Both the position numbers and the translations under genes were made by a program. A DNA stretch of 63,363 nucleotides, filler included, from Hyphochytrium catenoides (lineage: Eukaryota > Protista > Hyphochytriomycota): NCBI GenBank assembly GCA_900088475.1. It is 8 parts of 8 records of this genome, joined end to end, with 100 filler letters (N's around TTAATTAATTAA, not from the genome) between each part and the next. Parts side by side here need not be neighbours in the genome. Positions count along the whole stretch, not along the records: positions 13,514 to 34,589 come from FLMG01003817.1; positions 34,690 to 47,371 come from FLMG01003495.1; 6 more parts are not named here. One strand, written 5' to 3'. This document shows, one piece after another, positions 26,186 to 38,593 of this stretch. Numbering within the stretch: the stretch's first letter is position 1; each line of letters begins with the position of its first letter. Under the pieces are notes generated by a model. It had not been told where the DNA came from and did no database searches. It was given only the letters and a program-made list of their open reading frames with translations.

Positions 26186-28775
26186 CGTGGCGACTATAAC
26201 TCGACTTGGCTTTTAGGAGACTATGCCTATTGTTCCTATGCACTATGATAAATGGAACTTGGAACTTTGGTTCTGAGCTCAAACCTGGATGCTGCTAGCC
26301 CAGAAGAGCTTCCTTTGGTACTATGCTTGCCCGGCAAGGAGGGAAAGTGCAAATGGAGAGCTGCTAACCATGTAGAACGTGTTGCTGCTCGCTGCCCTCT
26401 GGCGCTCACCCACCGGTGCGTAAGACTCCAAGCTGCTGCCGGCTGTCACTTCTTCAACCTCTTGGGTTTGCCGCTTCTGTGGGGAGGGAGATGCGCACGA
26501 CCAGAACACAGAGAGACGAAAGACAGCTTCTAGAAGCGTTACCGGCACTTCCTTTGTAAGGCTGATGCCTGATGTGCTGACGTGTTGACTATGGAGCGGC
26601 CTACAAGTAGGACAGTACAAACGTCGTCGACCGCACTTGTAGTACCGAGCCAAAAGCAGTCCCCGACCTTACTTTCCGTTAGCGGCTTTGTGGAGGCAAG
26701 GTAAAGCCTCCTTTCTGAAGGCAGTGATGATGATGATGATGAGAAGAAATTAGTCTCTCGGTTTTTTTCAGCTAGTATCATTGTTAGAGTATGTTCAGAG
26801 GTTCCGTTTATTGGTATGGAGCTGTGCAGGCTGAGAGGTCTTGGCCCCCGAGCCACCATCTAGCTGCTCCGTCCCCAATGTAGCCTTTATTAGCTTTATG
26901 AGAGAACAGAGATCTGTAGTAATATTTGTCTCCGTTATTATTAGGTACATCATAATGATCATCGTGGCCTCCTCTTCTTCTACTTAAAACTGGCATCGAG
27001 TCTGGTTAATTGATTGGTCCAGTGGCCGGGGCTGCATTTGGCACTAGCCAAAGGCCATTGCGTTACTGTTAAGCCAGAAGGCAATGATGTTATTATGTGA
27101 AAGGGAAGTTGTTTGTGGCAACTGCAGGTGCTAGTCACTTGTGACCGCAATCAGAGCAACACCACCAGCCAGCCGGCACACACTGGCGACGCGGCCTGCT
27201 ACTACCTAGAACCAGAAAACAAAGTAGTCGCTATTAGCACGTTGAAGGGATCATGCACATAGACCCACCNNNNNNNNNNNNGCGCACAGAAGACATGAAT
27301 CAGTACTTCTGGGCGGCCGGTGGAAATCGAAGCTGCCCCGCCCGAAGTCCTTGTTGCAGTCATTGCTGCATGACAACGCTTGCTTATTACTATGAGGTGA
27401 TGATGACCTCATTGAACACTTGGCGTTGGAGCTGCTGCATTCTAGATAGACGCATCTCTGACTTGAAACTTTCACCAGTACCGACACCGAACGACGACCC
27501 GCAAACCGCTGCTGGCTGTTGTTCTCTTTACACCGTCGTGAGATATGATGGCCGCCGACATGATGATAATATTTACCTTTCCCCTTCTCATTTCAACATC
27601 TGTCTCTTTACTTGGTAGTGAGAGAGTTCTAGACGTCTATGTCAGCAGCCTTAGCTGACGGGATCATGAGTTACGTCAGCCTCCTGCTAAACCCGACCCA
27701 TAACGGTCCTCCGCCTGGTCCTTGTCACCTCCTGCCTTGTGAGGCCTGCAGCACAACAAATTATCGTTTCCAAGAATTTCATCGAAGCAACTGAAGGAAC
27801 AATGTCGAAAGGCCAGTCGCAGGACCTCGTCCTTCCGTCATTCACGCAGCCACCAGCAGCAGCAGTCACTGCCTGACAAAGCATTATCAACAGAGCTTCA
27901 TCTTCTCAACAGCAAGAAAAAACCCGAGCAGCAGAAGAAGATCGCTATTTCCTTGAGAGGAAGCCAATGGAATGAGCGAGGAGGTTGAAGAAGACGGGGG
28001 TGGGATACTAAAGCCCTTTACTGTTTGTACAGCTTCAGAAGGGTAAGAAATTTCGGGGTGATGTTTCTGTTCAAGCTCTATTTTCTACCAACAACTATGT
28101 TTAGTATCGGTATGCATCTATTTTATATATCACTCACTATAAGGTAGAGATATGAATGATACTGTGGCCTAGTTGCCTTAATTGTCTCACTTGGCAGTAA
28201 CCTTCGTGCGACCTTCCCACCACCGCAGAGGAAGTCAGATAGAGTACCAGTAGTAGCTGAGCAATCAGCCCGCAAAAGGACAGGGAAAGATCACGAGGAA
28301 GCTCCTGAATGAGCTGTTAAAGTCCTTCCCTTCGATGATGAGAACTACTAGTTCTACCACTCGCTAACCTTGATGATGGGCCAACCGGCTCTTGTTGCCC
28401 TGTCTCACTGGCTCTGTGGAGCTAGCTCCTCACGTCAGTTTAGAGCTGGGTGGCAGGAGGAGCTTCAAGATAAGAGAGAGGGCCTTTCGACAAACCAAGA
28501 AAGGCTTTTGCCCTCCGCAAGAGATGATGTTTCGATGGAAGGCTATTCAGGTAAACCAGCGCCCATCTGCATCTAATTAGTGCTGCGTAAGCAGAAGATC
28601 GGCCTGCTGCTGCTACCTTTATGCCTGTCCGTATACTCTTCTCAAGCTGATAGACACCAATCCGAAAACTCCTGGCGTGGTGTGTATCCATCTCTTTCTC
28701 CGGCCAGCTCCAAGGCTCATTTTGCTTTATGCAATCCAGCCCCTATCACTCCAACGTAACTTTTCCGTCAACGAA

Positions 28776-30006
28776 ATGAAGGGCCGCATCGTCTTCCCTC
28801 TCCTCTTGACCCTACTTGGTGGATCAACTCTCGCCGTGAGGTCCCAGACATGCGAGTCTGGTGGCCATGGTCCTGCGACAAGTGGCCTATGCACTGCTGA
28901 TTCTGCTACTCTCAGCACTGGGACCTACTGGAGGCCCTCTCGCGAGGAGACTACCGGTGGGTTAGGTGGTCTATACGCAATCTCTTCTCTCCTAGTTTAT
29001 TCTCCTGTATCTGTTTCCAGTATGCTCCCGCTTTCTCTACCTACCTGTCAACCTTTCAACAGCCCGCTGACATCACCGTGGAACGTTTGGCCGTGTGTTG
29101 TCGTTGCGCCGCCCTTGTTTCTTCGACGTTTCTCGCGCTGTTTCCGCCTGAGCTCCTCGAAGTCTCTATCATCTGTTGCCTCATTAACGTTGAAAGTGTG
29201 CAACTTACCGTACCTCAATCTTACAGGAGACTCTACGTCAGACAAGCCCTATAAACGCTCTCCGTGTCCAGCTCTGAACGCTTTGGCAAACCATGGCATC
29301 TTGCCTCGTTCTGGCGCTGGACTGACCATATCGATGGTGGCTGACAAGCTTCTAGAGGCATACAATCTGGACTGGAAAATAGGGGCAGGTCTGGCATTGG
29401 TGTCAAAGGTGAGGCCGCTATCCCACCCTTCAACTCCGGATAACTCCACCGTCGAACTCAATTAAGGTCTCCTGCTTCCCTCATTTCGATCCGCCTCTGA
29501 TCATCTTGTTGGCATTATTGTTCATCTCGTAGGTTTGGCTGTACATCCCTCCTTGGAAGACCTTTACTCTCGCGGATCTAGGAAATCATAATGTTATTGA
29601 GCACGACGCCTCTCTTTTTCACTACGATGCCTATTTCAAGCACGACCCCAGCGAGGTTGACAAGGATGCAGTGGAGCAGCTCATAAGCCTATCGAAGGAT
29701 GGGAAGATAGTGGACATTGAGGACCTCATACGGTTTAGAGAGATGCGGACGAAGGCCAGCGTCGATAACAACCCAGACTTTAGGATGGGCGTTCTCCAGA
29801 AAAGGATTTTAGCAGGAGAGTCAGCTCTTCTGCTCACTCTGTTGGGCAGAAACGAAAGCATTAGCGTAGAGCACCTGAAGAGCTTTGTCTTGGAAGAAAA
29901 GATACCTGGGGATTATAAGAGACCGAATGAGGTCTATACCGTCTCTGACATGAAGCCCACGCAGTATCGTGTCCTACATGAGGATAAGGTCCTGGCTGGC
30001 GTCTAA
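28776..30006 (+). CDS. Secreted heme-thiolate peroxidase / unspecific peroxygenase (chloroperoxidase family), 3 exons
   Basis: Signal peptide MKGRIVFPLLLTLLGGSTLA; proximal-thiolate motif RSPCPALNALANHGILPR (PCP at 29262-29270); HNVIEHDASL (EHD at 29599-29607); putative catalytic Glu in LAGESALLL; C-terminal EEKIPGDY. Confidence 0.9.
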
Positions 30007-30438
30007 ATGATAGACTCCGCCCTGCGTGTTAAGAGCTCTTTTTCTCTCTCTCTCTTCTCTAGTGGCCTCCCTCTACCTCTCTGGCACTCTTAGCCTGCCT
30101 CCTTTGAACCTCTATCTTTCTCGCAGTCTTACGCTGCCTCTATTGAATGCTCACGAAATCTTTTGTCTAGTAGTAGCTTGTCATAGAACCGTTTGCCTTC
30201 CCTTACTCTTCAGTCCTTGTGCCCGAATGGACGTGTTCTATCGATTTAGGCTATATATTTTTCAGCTCCACCACATAATGTCAATACACGGCAGAACGAG
30301 CTACTTTGCCCAGGACAAAGAAGAGACCAAGAGGTCAATAGAGAATATCCCGAGGAGGAGGTTGATACGAATGTGCTTTGGAGGATACTTAAGAAGATTG
30401 GAAGATTAGTAACCGCAGATATGAGGCAACTGAGACAG

Positions 30439-32500
30439 CTATAGCGCGTTTGCTGCTAGACTTGAGAGGCCTTCTTTCACACTGAGTGTAGCTGCGTCAG
30501 ATGGCGTACCGACTTCCTCTCCTCCTTTTAGTGCCTCCTTGAGTGTGCTCGTTGCTTCATCCTCCTTTCCTTGACGGCTGAGGAGTCTCCCCAGATTCTG
30601 GAGATCCATAAGATAAACGTCGTTCCTCTCTCCAAAAACCTCTTTTCGCATCGCAACAGCCTCTCGCAGCGCCTGTTCCGCTTCTTCCAGGTTGTCTCTC
30701 CGCTGAAGGAAGGCAGCATAGCTCTCTAGCACTATCATATACACTGGGTGCTTCTGCCCAGGCTCTCGTTTCACTAGTTCTAAGGTCTCTTTGTACATCA
30801 AACCTGCTTCATCCATAAGTCCAAGCGGTTCTAGGGCCTCTACTAGCCTTAGAGCCGTGTTAGCAACCATCGTGTTGTTCCCTGTTGCTCTCTGCGCACT
30901 CAGAACTGCGCGGTACTGATTCGCCGCTTCCTCAAACCTTTGCTGTCTCAAGAGGACGTTCGCCAGGCTGAGAGTGCTCTCTGCTGCTTGAAAGCTGTGG
31001 TCTCCGCTTATACGCTTATGATGTGCCAAAATATCACGATAGGTTTGTTCCGCTGCATCTAAGCGACCTGAAACCTCCAAGCACAGGGCCAATGCGATCT
31101 TGGCCCTCACCGTGTCACTGTGATCGGCTCCCAGCACCTCTGAACAATCCATGACCCCTTGCTCTAGAAGAGGCAATGCCTCCTGCTGCTCGTTGAAGCT
31201 AACCAGAGCCTCTGCCAGAGTGATGGTAGAGGATATCGTAGACGGATCGCGGGCTCCTAGGGCCGCAAGGCACCTCTCTCTCACTGTTCTGAGGAGGTTC
31301 AACGCCTCCCTGTCATCCATCTTAAGATGGACTAGTGCCAATCTGGTCATAGATTTGAGCGTGTTCGCGTGGTCATCTCCAAACACCCGTTCGTTACTCT
31401 GCCTCCCTGCCTCTCTTAGCGCCAGCAGTTGCGGGAACATGCCCAACTCCTCGTACAGGACATCCAGCACTCCGTCACGTTCTGGCAAGTTGCAAGCCTC
31501 TAGAAAGCCGACCATCTGTTCCAGAACCTCTGAGGATCTATCATCACTTGAAATAAGCTCTAGGAGCTTGGTATCTGTCTTGATTTCACGATCGCGAGCC
31601 CATTTATAGGAACCGTAGCCCTTGTCCCGCTTATGATGATAAAAGTCATCGATGTGAATCTGAATCTCACAGATGTGCCCACTGACTGCTATGTTAACCT
31701 TTATGTCACGGTAACCACCAGAGGGCAGACTAGAACCATTACTTCCAGTCAGCAGGTGAGTCTTGACTCTGGCGACTGCGTACGGTTGAGCTTCACAAAG
31801 GGAGCGAATGCTAGCGATCGCTCTCATAGCAGGACGGAGACTGGTGAACACTAAGGAAGCTCTCGCGAAGTCCAGCACACGCGACACATCTCCCCCATAT
31901 TTCCTGGCAGCCTTCTGCTCTGCACTTTGGGCCGTCTTAAGTGGTGCCACATATGCCACGATAAGCTCGTTTGGCTTGAGAGATAGAACAGTGAAGGAAA
32001 TGGAGTGTGAGCGGGCAGAGCTCCCTTGGGGAAAATGAATACTAACAGGATTGAAGGAAGCTGCTTCGAACAAAGAAGAAAGAGATGACAGAGCGTCATA
32101 CCTGAGAGGGAGCAAATTCATCCTTGATCTCATTAATGATCGCCCCTAAAGAACCTTGGATCTCCTGTGCTTTCTCTAGCAATGCCGGCAGGGTGGTGCC
32201 CTCAGGGCTTTGTTTTGGTGACTGTTCATACTGTTGAACGAGTCCCTGTAGCTCCCTCAAAGGCTCTGCCATTTCCTCTGAGCTATGGAGTTCCTGGTAC
32301 GTCTCATCGTAGTGGCGATGAGCTTCAAGAACTTCCTCTGTCTGCAGGAGGATGAGCAAACTGCGTAGAACTCTCTCGTGAATCTCAGTCTTGGCACTTT
32401 CTTTGAAGTCCAAGCTCTGGACTAGCTCCAACAACTTCAAGCCTGTTTCTGTCACCGCTGGGACAGGAAGGTCTGCACCAACGCTTACAGACCCACCCAT
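30439..32500 (-). CDS. RelA/SpoT-like nucleotidyltransferase domain fused to a TPR array, putatively N-myristoylated; 2 exons
   Basis: Exon 1 is 32500-32102 (MGGSVS...FAPSQ). A phase-0 intron spans ~32101-31976 and exon 2 runs to 30439. Motifs: APLKTAQSAEQK..KYGGDVSRVLDFAR, RVK, GYRDIKVN, HICEIQIH. These are followed by ~42-aa TPRs with GDDHANT / GARDPST / GADHSDT / GQKHPVY turns. Confidence 0.8.
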
Positions 32501-34589
32501 TGCGCTTTAGATACTCTATCTTCCTTGACTAATCCTGATCAACGGACGGAATGATACTGATAATGAGCTTTCAGGCGGTAGCTGTGTCTCCTTTCCTCTT
32601 TTCAGACGCCGCCGACTCCGATCAGGCTCTTTCTTACTGATGGTGTTATGCTTGTGTGCTATATTCCGGCTTCTTTCTCTCGTGCGGCCAAGAATACACT
32701 CTCCGATCTCGCTGAGGCTAAGTTTGTCGTCAATCAATTGGCCTTATTCCTCTCCTGCTGTTGGATGTGGAGAGGGAGAGGGGGAGAGGGAAAGCCGCAG
32801 AAGCTTTTTTTGTTTTCAGGAGGACGTTCTCGACCATTATGCCTCGCATCATTTCTTATTCATTCGTTCCCTTGTGCTGCGTACATAGCGCCCATCCCCT
32901 TACAATGCTGGCTGATGAGACTGTCGAAGGCATAGACGACATCGGCGTTGTTAGGCCTCCAACCCAAGGGGAAAGAGAGAGATACTTGAGAGAGGCAGGA
33001 CAAAGAGAAAAGGGAGTAGCCAACTGAGTACCATGCCGACCATTGCTGTACCTATACAGAGTGGGAAGAAGAAAGGCAGAAAGGGAGAGGAGAGAGAGGA
33101 GAGGAGCTAGAGCTCTACGAGCACAGAGAAGAAAGAAGGAAGAGGGAGGAGGAGTGGCGACGAATGAGGTTGACGCGTTGGTCAGAGAAAGGGCAAGAGC
33201 ATCCGTTACATTCCAACGGGAGCGCAGAGTAGTACGTCCAACAATACCCTATTGTCATATATTATCTATTGCGATGAGAGTAATAATACTGATCTAAAAG
33301 AGGATGGGATGAGAACTCGCTTGGGTCACTTTTTCTCTCTTTCTCTCTTGCTCTCACACTCTCTCTCTTCCACTCTCTCCCCTGTCACTCCTCTCCCTCT
33401 TTGCATCTCTCTTTCCTCACTCGCCTTCTCCTTGCCTCCATCTACCTCATCCTCTGACGCTCAAAACCCCAGTTACACCCGCTCTCTCCTACTTCAACGA
33501 GGTCTTCTAGCAAGCCTCCTAGAAACCTTCGTCCCCTCTTGATAGTTCCCAGCCATGTAGTCCTCACTCCTCCTAGCTCTCAAGCAGCCTGACATCAGCC
33601 TCCTAAACACGAAGAAGGGCCAACCACACGCAGAAGGCCACAAAGTGATGGCAGCCGCATGTAGCTTACGAAGAAGAGAAAGGGCGGTGATTGTGGGTTG
33701 TACGGCCTGCTGAGCCAAACTAGTAGACAGAGAAGAAATATACAAAGAACAGATAATGAATGGTGGGAGTAAGATATGAGCTACTGAGCACCAAACATAG
33801 CACGCCAAAATGGTGAAGTAGTAAAAGGATACGAGCGGCACACGCTAATGGCTAAGCGGCAGAGGACATCAAGACATTGCTGGCCTGGAGGTGCAGTAAT
33901 GAGGATGCGAAATGTAGTTTAAAGGGCATTGCACTCTGTGTTCCTTGCAGTCCTAAGGTAACATGATGATCAAGCTGAAAAGGCAGGAAACGCCTCCTGT
34001 GGAAGGAGGACACTACCCTAGACTTCCCGGACTTTCTCAGCAGAGTCCACGCTTCTTGCATCGCTTGACGGTCCTCATAAAATCTTACCTGCTCAAAGCC
34101 AGACTTCCCTTTCCCCGCGACTAAGTGTTCTCACGGTCCTTGAGCTCCTCGTTAAGCCTCACACTGTGTTTCCTTTCCAGCTCAGGATACCTCTACTTGT
34201 ACCTACGAATTGCATCAGTCACTATCCACTTTGTAAGAAGTCGTCCTCAGCTCATTAGCTCTGGTCCTTCCTCTCCTCTGGCAGCAGCTCCTGTCAGCTT
34301 GCTGTCTGCCTCTCCAAAGCGTCTCCAGTCTCCTTTGTGTGTCTTCCTCATTCTTCTCCTCATCAGTTCGCACAAGTCGTGAGTCATTCTACTAGATAAA
34401 TGATAGACTTTGGCCAGGTCTGTTTGTGCGTGCAGTAGGGTGTACAGATAATCGTTAGCGGCTATCGGCGCGGGCGTTATTGCTTTTTTGCTTTGTCACG
34501 AACAGTGCGCCGAGAGGTCAGAAATAACCTATAGCGAAAGACAGAGGCGGCGAGCAAGGCAGGAGAGAGAGAGAGAGAGAGAGAGAGAG

Positions 34590-34689
34590 NNNNNNNNNNN
34601 NNNNNNNNNNNNNNNNNNNNNNNNNNNNNNNNNTTAATTAATTAANNNNNNNNNNNNNNNNNNNNNNNNNNNNNNNNNNNNNNNNNNNN
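34590..34689. other. Artificial contig spacer
   Basis: 44N-TTAATTAATTAA-44N. Confidence 0.97.
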
Positions 34690-34753
34690 CTCTCTCTCTC
34701 TCTCTCTCTCTTTTCCCCTTTCCTCCTTTTTTGGCCTAACATGTCTCTACTTA

Positions 34754-35358
34754 CCAGACCCATCCTTATTGTGACCCTTCACGCCCTTTCGGTAGAAGAT
34801 CATGGCTCCTCTTGGCCCTCTCAAAGACTTATGTGTGGTCGTTGTCACCACGTCCGCAGCCTCGAAAGGAGAAGGAATGACTCCAGCTGCCACCAGGCCG
34901 CTGATGTGAGCCATATCAGCCAGAAGAACGGCGTTGTGCTAAGTGACAGACACAAAAGCGAGAGCAAGAGAAAGAGAGATGTAAGACGGCGAAAAGAAAA
35001 ACAGCAGTCTTCAAAGAGACTAGAAGCAGTATAATGAAGAAAGAGACAGTAATCGAGAGATAGATGGATAGACAAACAAAGAGAGGCAGAGAGACAGACA
35101 GAGAGAAAGAGAGACCTAGCTGGATAGTAAGAGAAAGGATCATATGGCAGAAAAGGGGGAGAAGGGGCCTCGACGAGAAGGATTGTGTGAGTCAATGAAC
35201 GGAAGCGAGAGAGGGAGTGAGCACCCGCTAAGGCAACAAACAGAGGAAAGCACCAGAAAAGAGAGTGGCAAGGGCTGAGACAAGAGAAAGTGACCCAACT
35301 CATCACAAGCGACGCTGCCTCTTTCCTCCTCCAGCTAACAATCTCTCTTCTTCTCTTC

Positions 35359-35397
<39 letters not shown>

Positions 35398-35806
35398 CCC
35401 GCTCACCTGGTCAGCAATCTGCTTCATTCTCTTGAAGTCCATGTTCCGAGAATAAGCAGAAAAGCCTGCCACAATCAGCTTCGGACGGAAAAGTTTCGCA
35501 TTCTTTTCAAGCTCATCATAGTCCACCAAGCCTGTTTCCTCATTGAGCCGATAAGGGAAAGATTCGAAGAAGATAGACACTGCCGAAATTTTCTTCTTGT
35601 CGGTCTGGTAGCCGTGGGAGAGGTGGCCGCCGTGGGGGAGGTCCAGCGACATAATCCGGTCATGGGGCTGAAGGAGAGCGGTGTANNNNNNNNNNNNNNN
35701 NNNNNNNNNNNNNNNNNNNNNNNNNNNNNNNNNNNNNNNNNNNNNNNNNNNNNNNNNNNNNNNNNNNNNNNNNNNNNNNNNNNNNNNNNNNNNNNAGAGA
35801 GGGATA

Positions 35807-35839
<33 letters not shown>

Positions 35840-36585
35840 GGGAGGGAGAAAGAGAGGGAGAGGGAGGGAGAGGGGGAGAGAGACGGAGAGACAGAGAGTT
35901 GTGAGAAGGGAGTGACCGGAGAAGAAAGAGAAGAGACAAAAGTGAAGTGAAGTGAGAAAAGAAGACGACAAGCGGGTAAGAGCGAGATCAGCAGTGAGAG
36001 CAGACAATAAGTAAGGAAGACTCGATGAGTGAGCGACGTAGAGACACAGAGAGAGAGAGAGAGGTAGCCAAGAGAAGGAGGGAGAGAGAGAAAACGCAGA
36101 CGCTAAATGTCCACAATTGTCCAGCTGACATCATCTGAAAAGAGAGAAAAGAGAGAGACAGAGAGAGAGAAAAGAGAGAAGATGAAAGAGAAGAAGCGAT
36201 GTTTCATGCTCTACCTGGAAGTTAGCAGGAGACCCCGAGAGAGACTGTACATTCACTCCCCACTCATCAGGAGAGAGAGAGAAAGCCTCGAGTGCTCTTT
36301 GCTGGCAGAGTCTCTCCACCTTGTCAATGTTCTCATTTCCTCCATAGTATCGCGCCCCTGGGTATCCCTCTGAATATTTGTTAGACATCACAGAGCCCAG
36401 TGCATCTAAGACAGAGACAGAGGTGAAGTTCTCCGAGGCAATGAGAACGAGACTTTCTCTTTGACGGTCTTTCTCTCTCTCGATGATGGAGAAGAGCTCC
36501 GGATCAGTGTCACTGAGATGCTCGTTCAGGTGCTGCGCCCACTGCAGGAAAGGGACACAAAGAGAGAGAAAAGCGAGAGAGAGAC

Positions 36586-36620
<35 letters not shown>

Positions 36621-36952
36621 AAGAGAGAGAAAGAGAAAGAGGGGTTAAGGAGAAGATAGAAAATGGACACGGTGACAGAGACAAAGAGAGGGAGAGAATG
36701 GGGGAGAGGGAGTAGAGAGAAAGACACAGATAAGACAGAGAGACCGAGAGCAGAAGTGAACTTTGGGGATGGAAAGAAACATGGAATCCGAAAGGAGAGA
36801 GAGAGAGAAAGAGAGAGAACAGTCCACAGCACTAGCGCAAGCAGCGACTGTTATGCAGAAAAGGAGAGCCACGACGGCAGAAGGATACCCAGCATTATCG
36901 TCATTCATAGAGCACGAGAAAAGGAAAGAGAGGGGTTAGGGAAAGAAGAGCG

Positions 36953-36983
<31 letters not shown>

Positions 36984-37101
36984 GGTAGGAGATACTCACT
37001 GCCTTGGATTCGCTCGATATCCGTCTGACACTTCCCACAGCTTTTCCGGCTTTGGCGCTTTGAAGGCGCCTGAGGCAGCTTCGAAGGGCTGGAGAGGCCA
37101 T
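34754..37101 (-). CDS. SHMT: Serine hydroxymethyltransferase, mitochondrial-type; 5' part only, truncated by contig end
   Basis: Arg/Ser-rich presequence [19 protein letters not shown]; LIASENF; [18 protein letters not shown]; [14 protein letters not shown]; [12 protein letters not shown]; [11 protein letters not shown]; PLP-lysine motif [13 protein letters not shown]. The C-terminal half is absent. Confidence 0.95.
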
Positions 37102-37249
37102 AGCTGGGGAAAGAGAGAGAGAGAGAGAGAAACAAGAGAGAAAGATCCCACGCGACAACAGCTGGGCGAGCGCGGTCAGCGAAAGCGGCTTGGCACGGAG
37201 AGATTTGAAGTGAACAGAAAGGGAAGACGAAGACTCGTCTCGTTTTCAC

Positions 37250-37298
37250 TTTCTCTTCAGTCTTTCTCTCTCAATCTTTCTCTTCTCTCTTTCTCTGC

Positions 37299-37334
<36 letters not shown>

Positions 37335-38530
37335 CGTTTTGTAGTCTTGGTACAGTTTTCCTGTGGTCTGTCTCTTGTAAGTCCTGCAGGTTCTAATGGC
37401 TCTCACCTCCTATAGAAGTCAGCACTGATCATCCAGTCGGTGATGTGGTACTCGTACTGAATGTCATGTGAAGAGAGAGAGAGAGAGANNNNNNNNNNNN
37501 NNNNNNNNNNNNNNNNNNNNNNNNGCGAAAGAGGGAGAAAGAGACAGAGAACGAGAAAGAGAGAGAAAGAGAGAGGTTGTGAGAGAGAAAGAGAGGGAGA
37601 AAGAGAGAGAGAGAGAAAAAGAGAGGAAGAAAGGGAGAGGAGGGAATGAGGGAAGAGAGTCCAGAGAGAGAAGGTATTCGAAGGCAACACAGTGTAAAAT
37701 GAGAAAATGAGGGAGATAGAGGAAATTAATTGACAGGAAGTGAGAGTCAGGTGAGACAGAGAGGCAGAGAGATATATAAGAGAGTGCGAGACAGAGCAGA
37801 GCTGTTAGAACCCCTTCCCTGTTGTACGTGTAACAGTGTGTGCAGCGCGTACACCTCCAAGATGTGACAGTCAGTACTACTCCTGGAGCTATACGTTCAC
37901 TATTCGTGATTCCCACCGATCCTACCCTTCAACGAGTACATTGTTTCTTTCCAATTATCTGTAATTCCCACTAAGTAAACATCGGTCTGGTTCATTGAAG
38001 CTTTCTTTTATAAATGATGATGATGATGAGAGAGAGAGAGAGAGACAGAGAGACAGAGGAGAGAGAGAGAGAGAGGAGACTAGAGTGAACAGACAGAGAC
38101 AAGGAGAGGCAAAAAGGGACAGAGAGAGAGAGAGAGAAAGAGAAAGTAAGAATGAAAAGTAAAGAGAGGGACAGTGGAGCAAGAAATCGAGGAAGCAATC
38201 ATAGGGAAGAAAAGCTTTAGACTTTTTAAAAAGCACGCCCTTGCATGAAATTGAAGAACGAAGAAATGGTTCAGGCTGAAGAGTAAGAGAGAGTGAGGGA
38301 TGGGAGACAAAGAAACAAAAGGAAAGAGCAGAGAAAGACAGAGAGAGACAGAGACAGAGAGAAAGAAAGAGAGAAAGTAGGAAAGAGAAATATGCTTTGT
38401 ACCGAGGAGACCAAAAGGCGTCTGACCCTTTCCTCCTAACACACTTCCTTCTATTTATAATGGGCCACATATCGACCGCCTATCTACAATCATTTCCCTC
38501 TCTCTCTCTCTCTTTGTTATCTCCCCCTCT
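37250..38530. repeat. (CT)n/(GA)n microsatellite-dense intergenic DNA between SHMT and the SUMO ligase
   Basis: Read directly. ORF-track entries here are SL/ER dipeptide artefacts. Confidence 0.9.
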
Positions 38531-38593
38531 CTTTGCGTCTTTCTCCCTGGCCGCTTTGCTCCCCTAAGTCCTCGGGCTGGGCTGGTGGAAGCT

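Noticed and set aside
26321-26653. CGRRRLYCPTCRPLH as a zinc finger gene
   Set aside because: Short, non-ATG, no full motif spacing or supporting exons.
8296-37101. Purine/one-carbon cluster (purF and SHMT) linked with the RelA/SpoT-like gene
   Set aside because: The three genes lie on three different contigs separated by artificial spacers.
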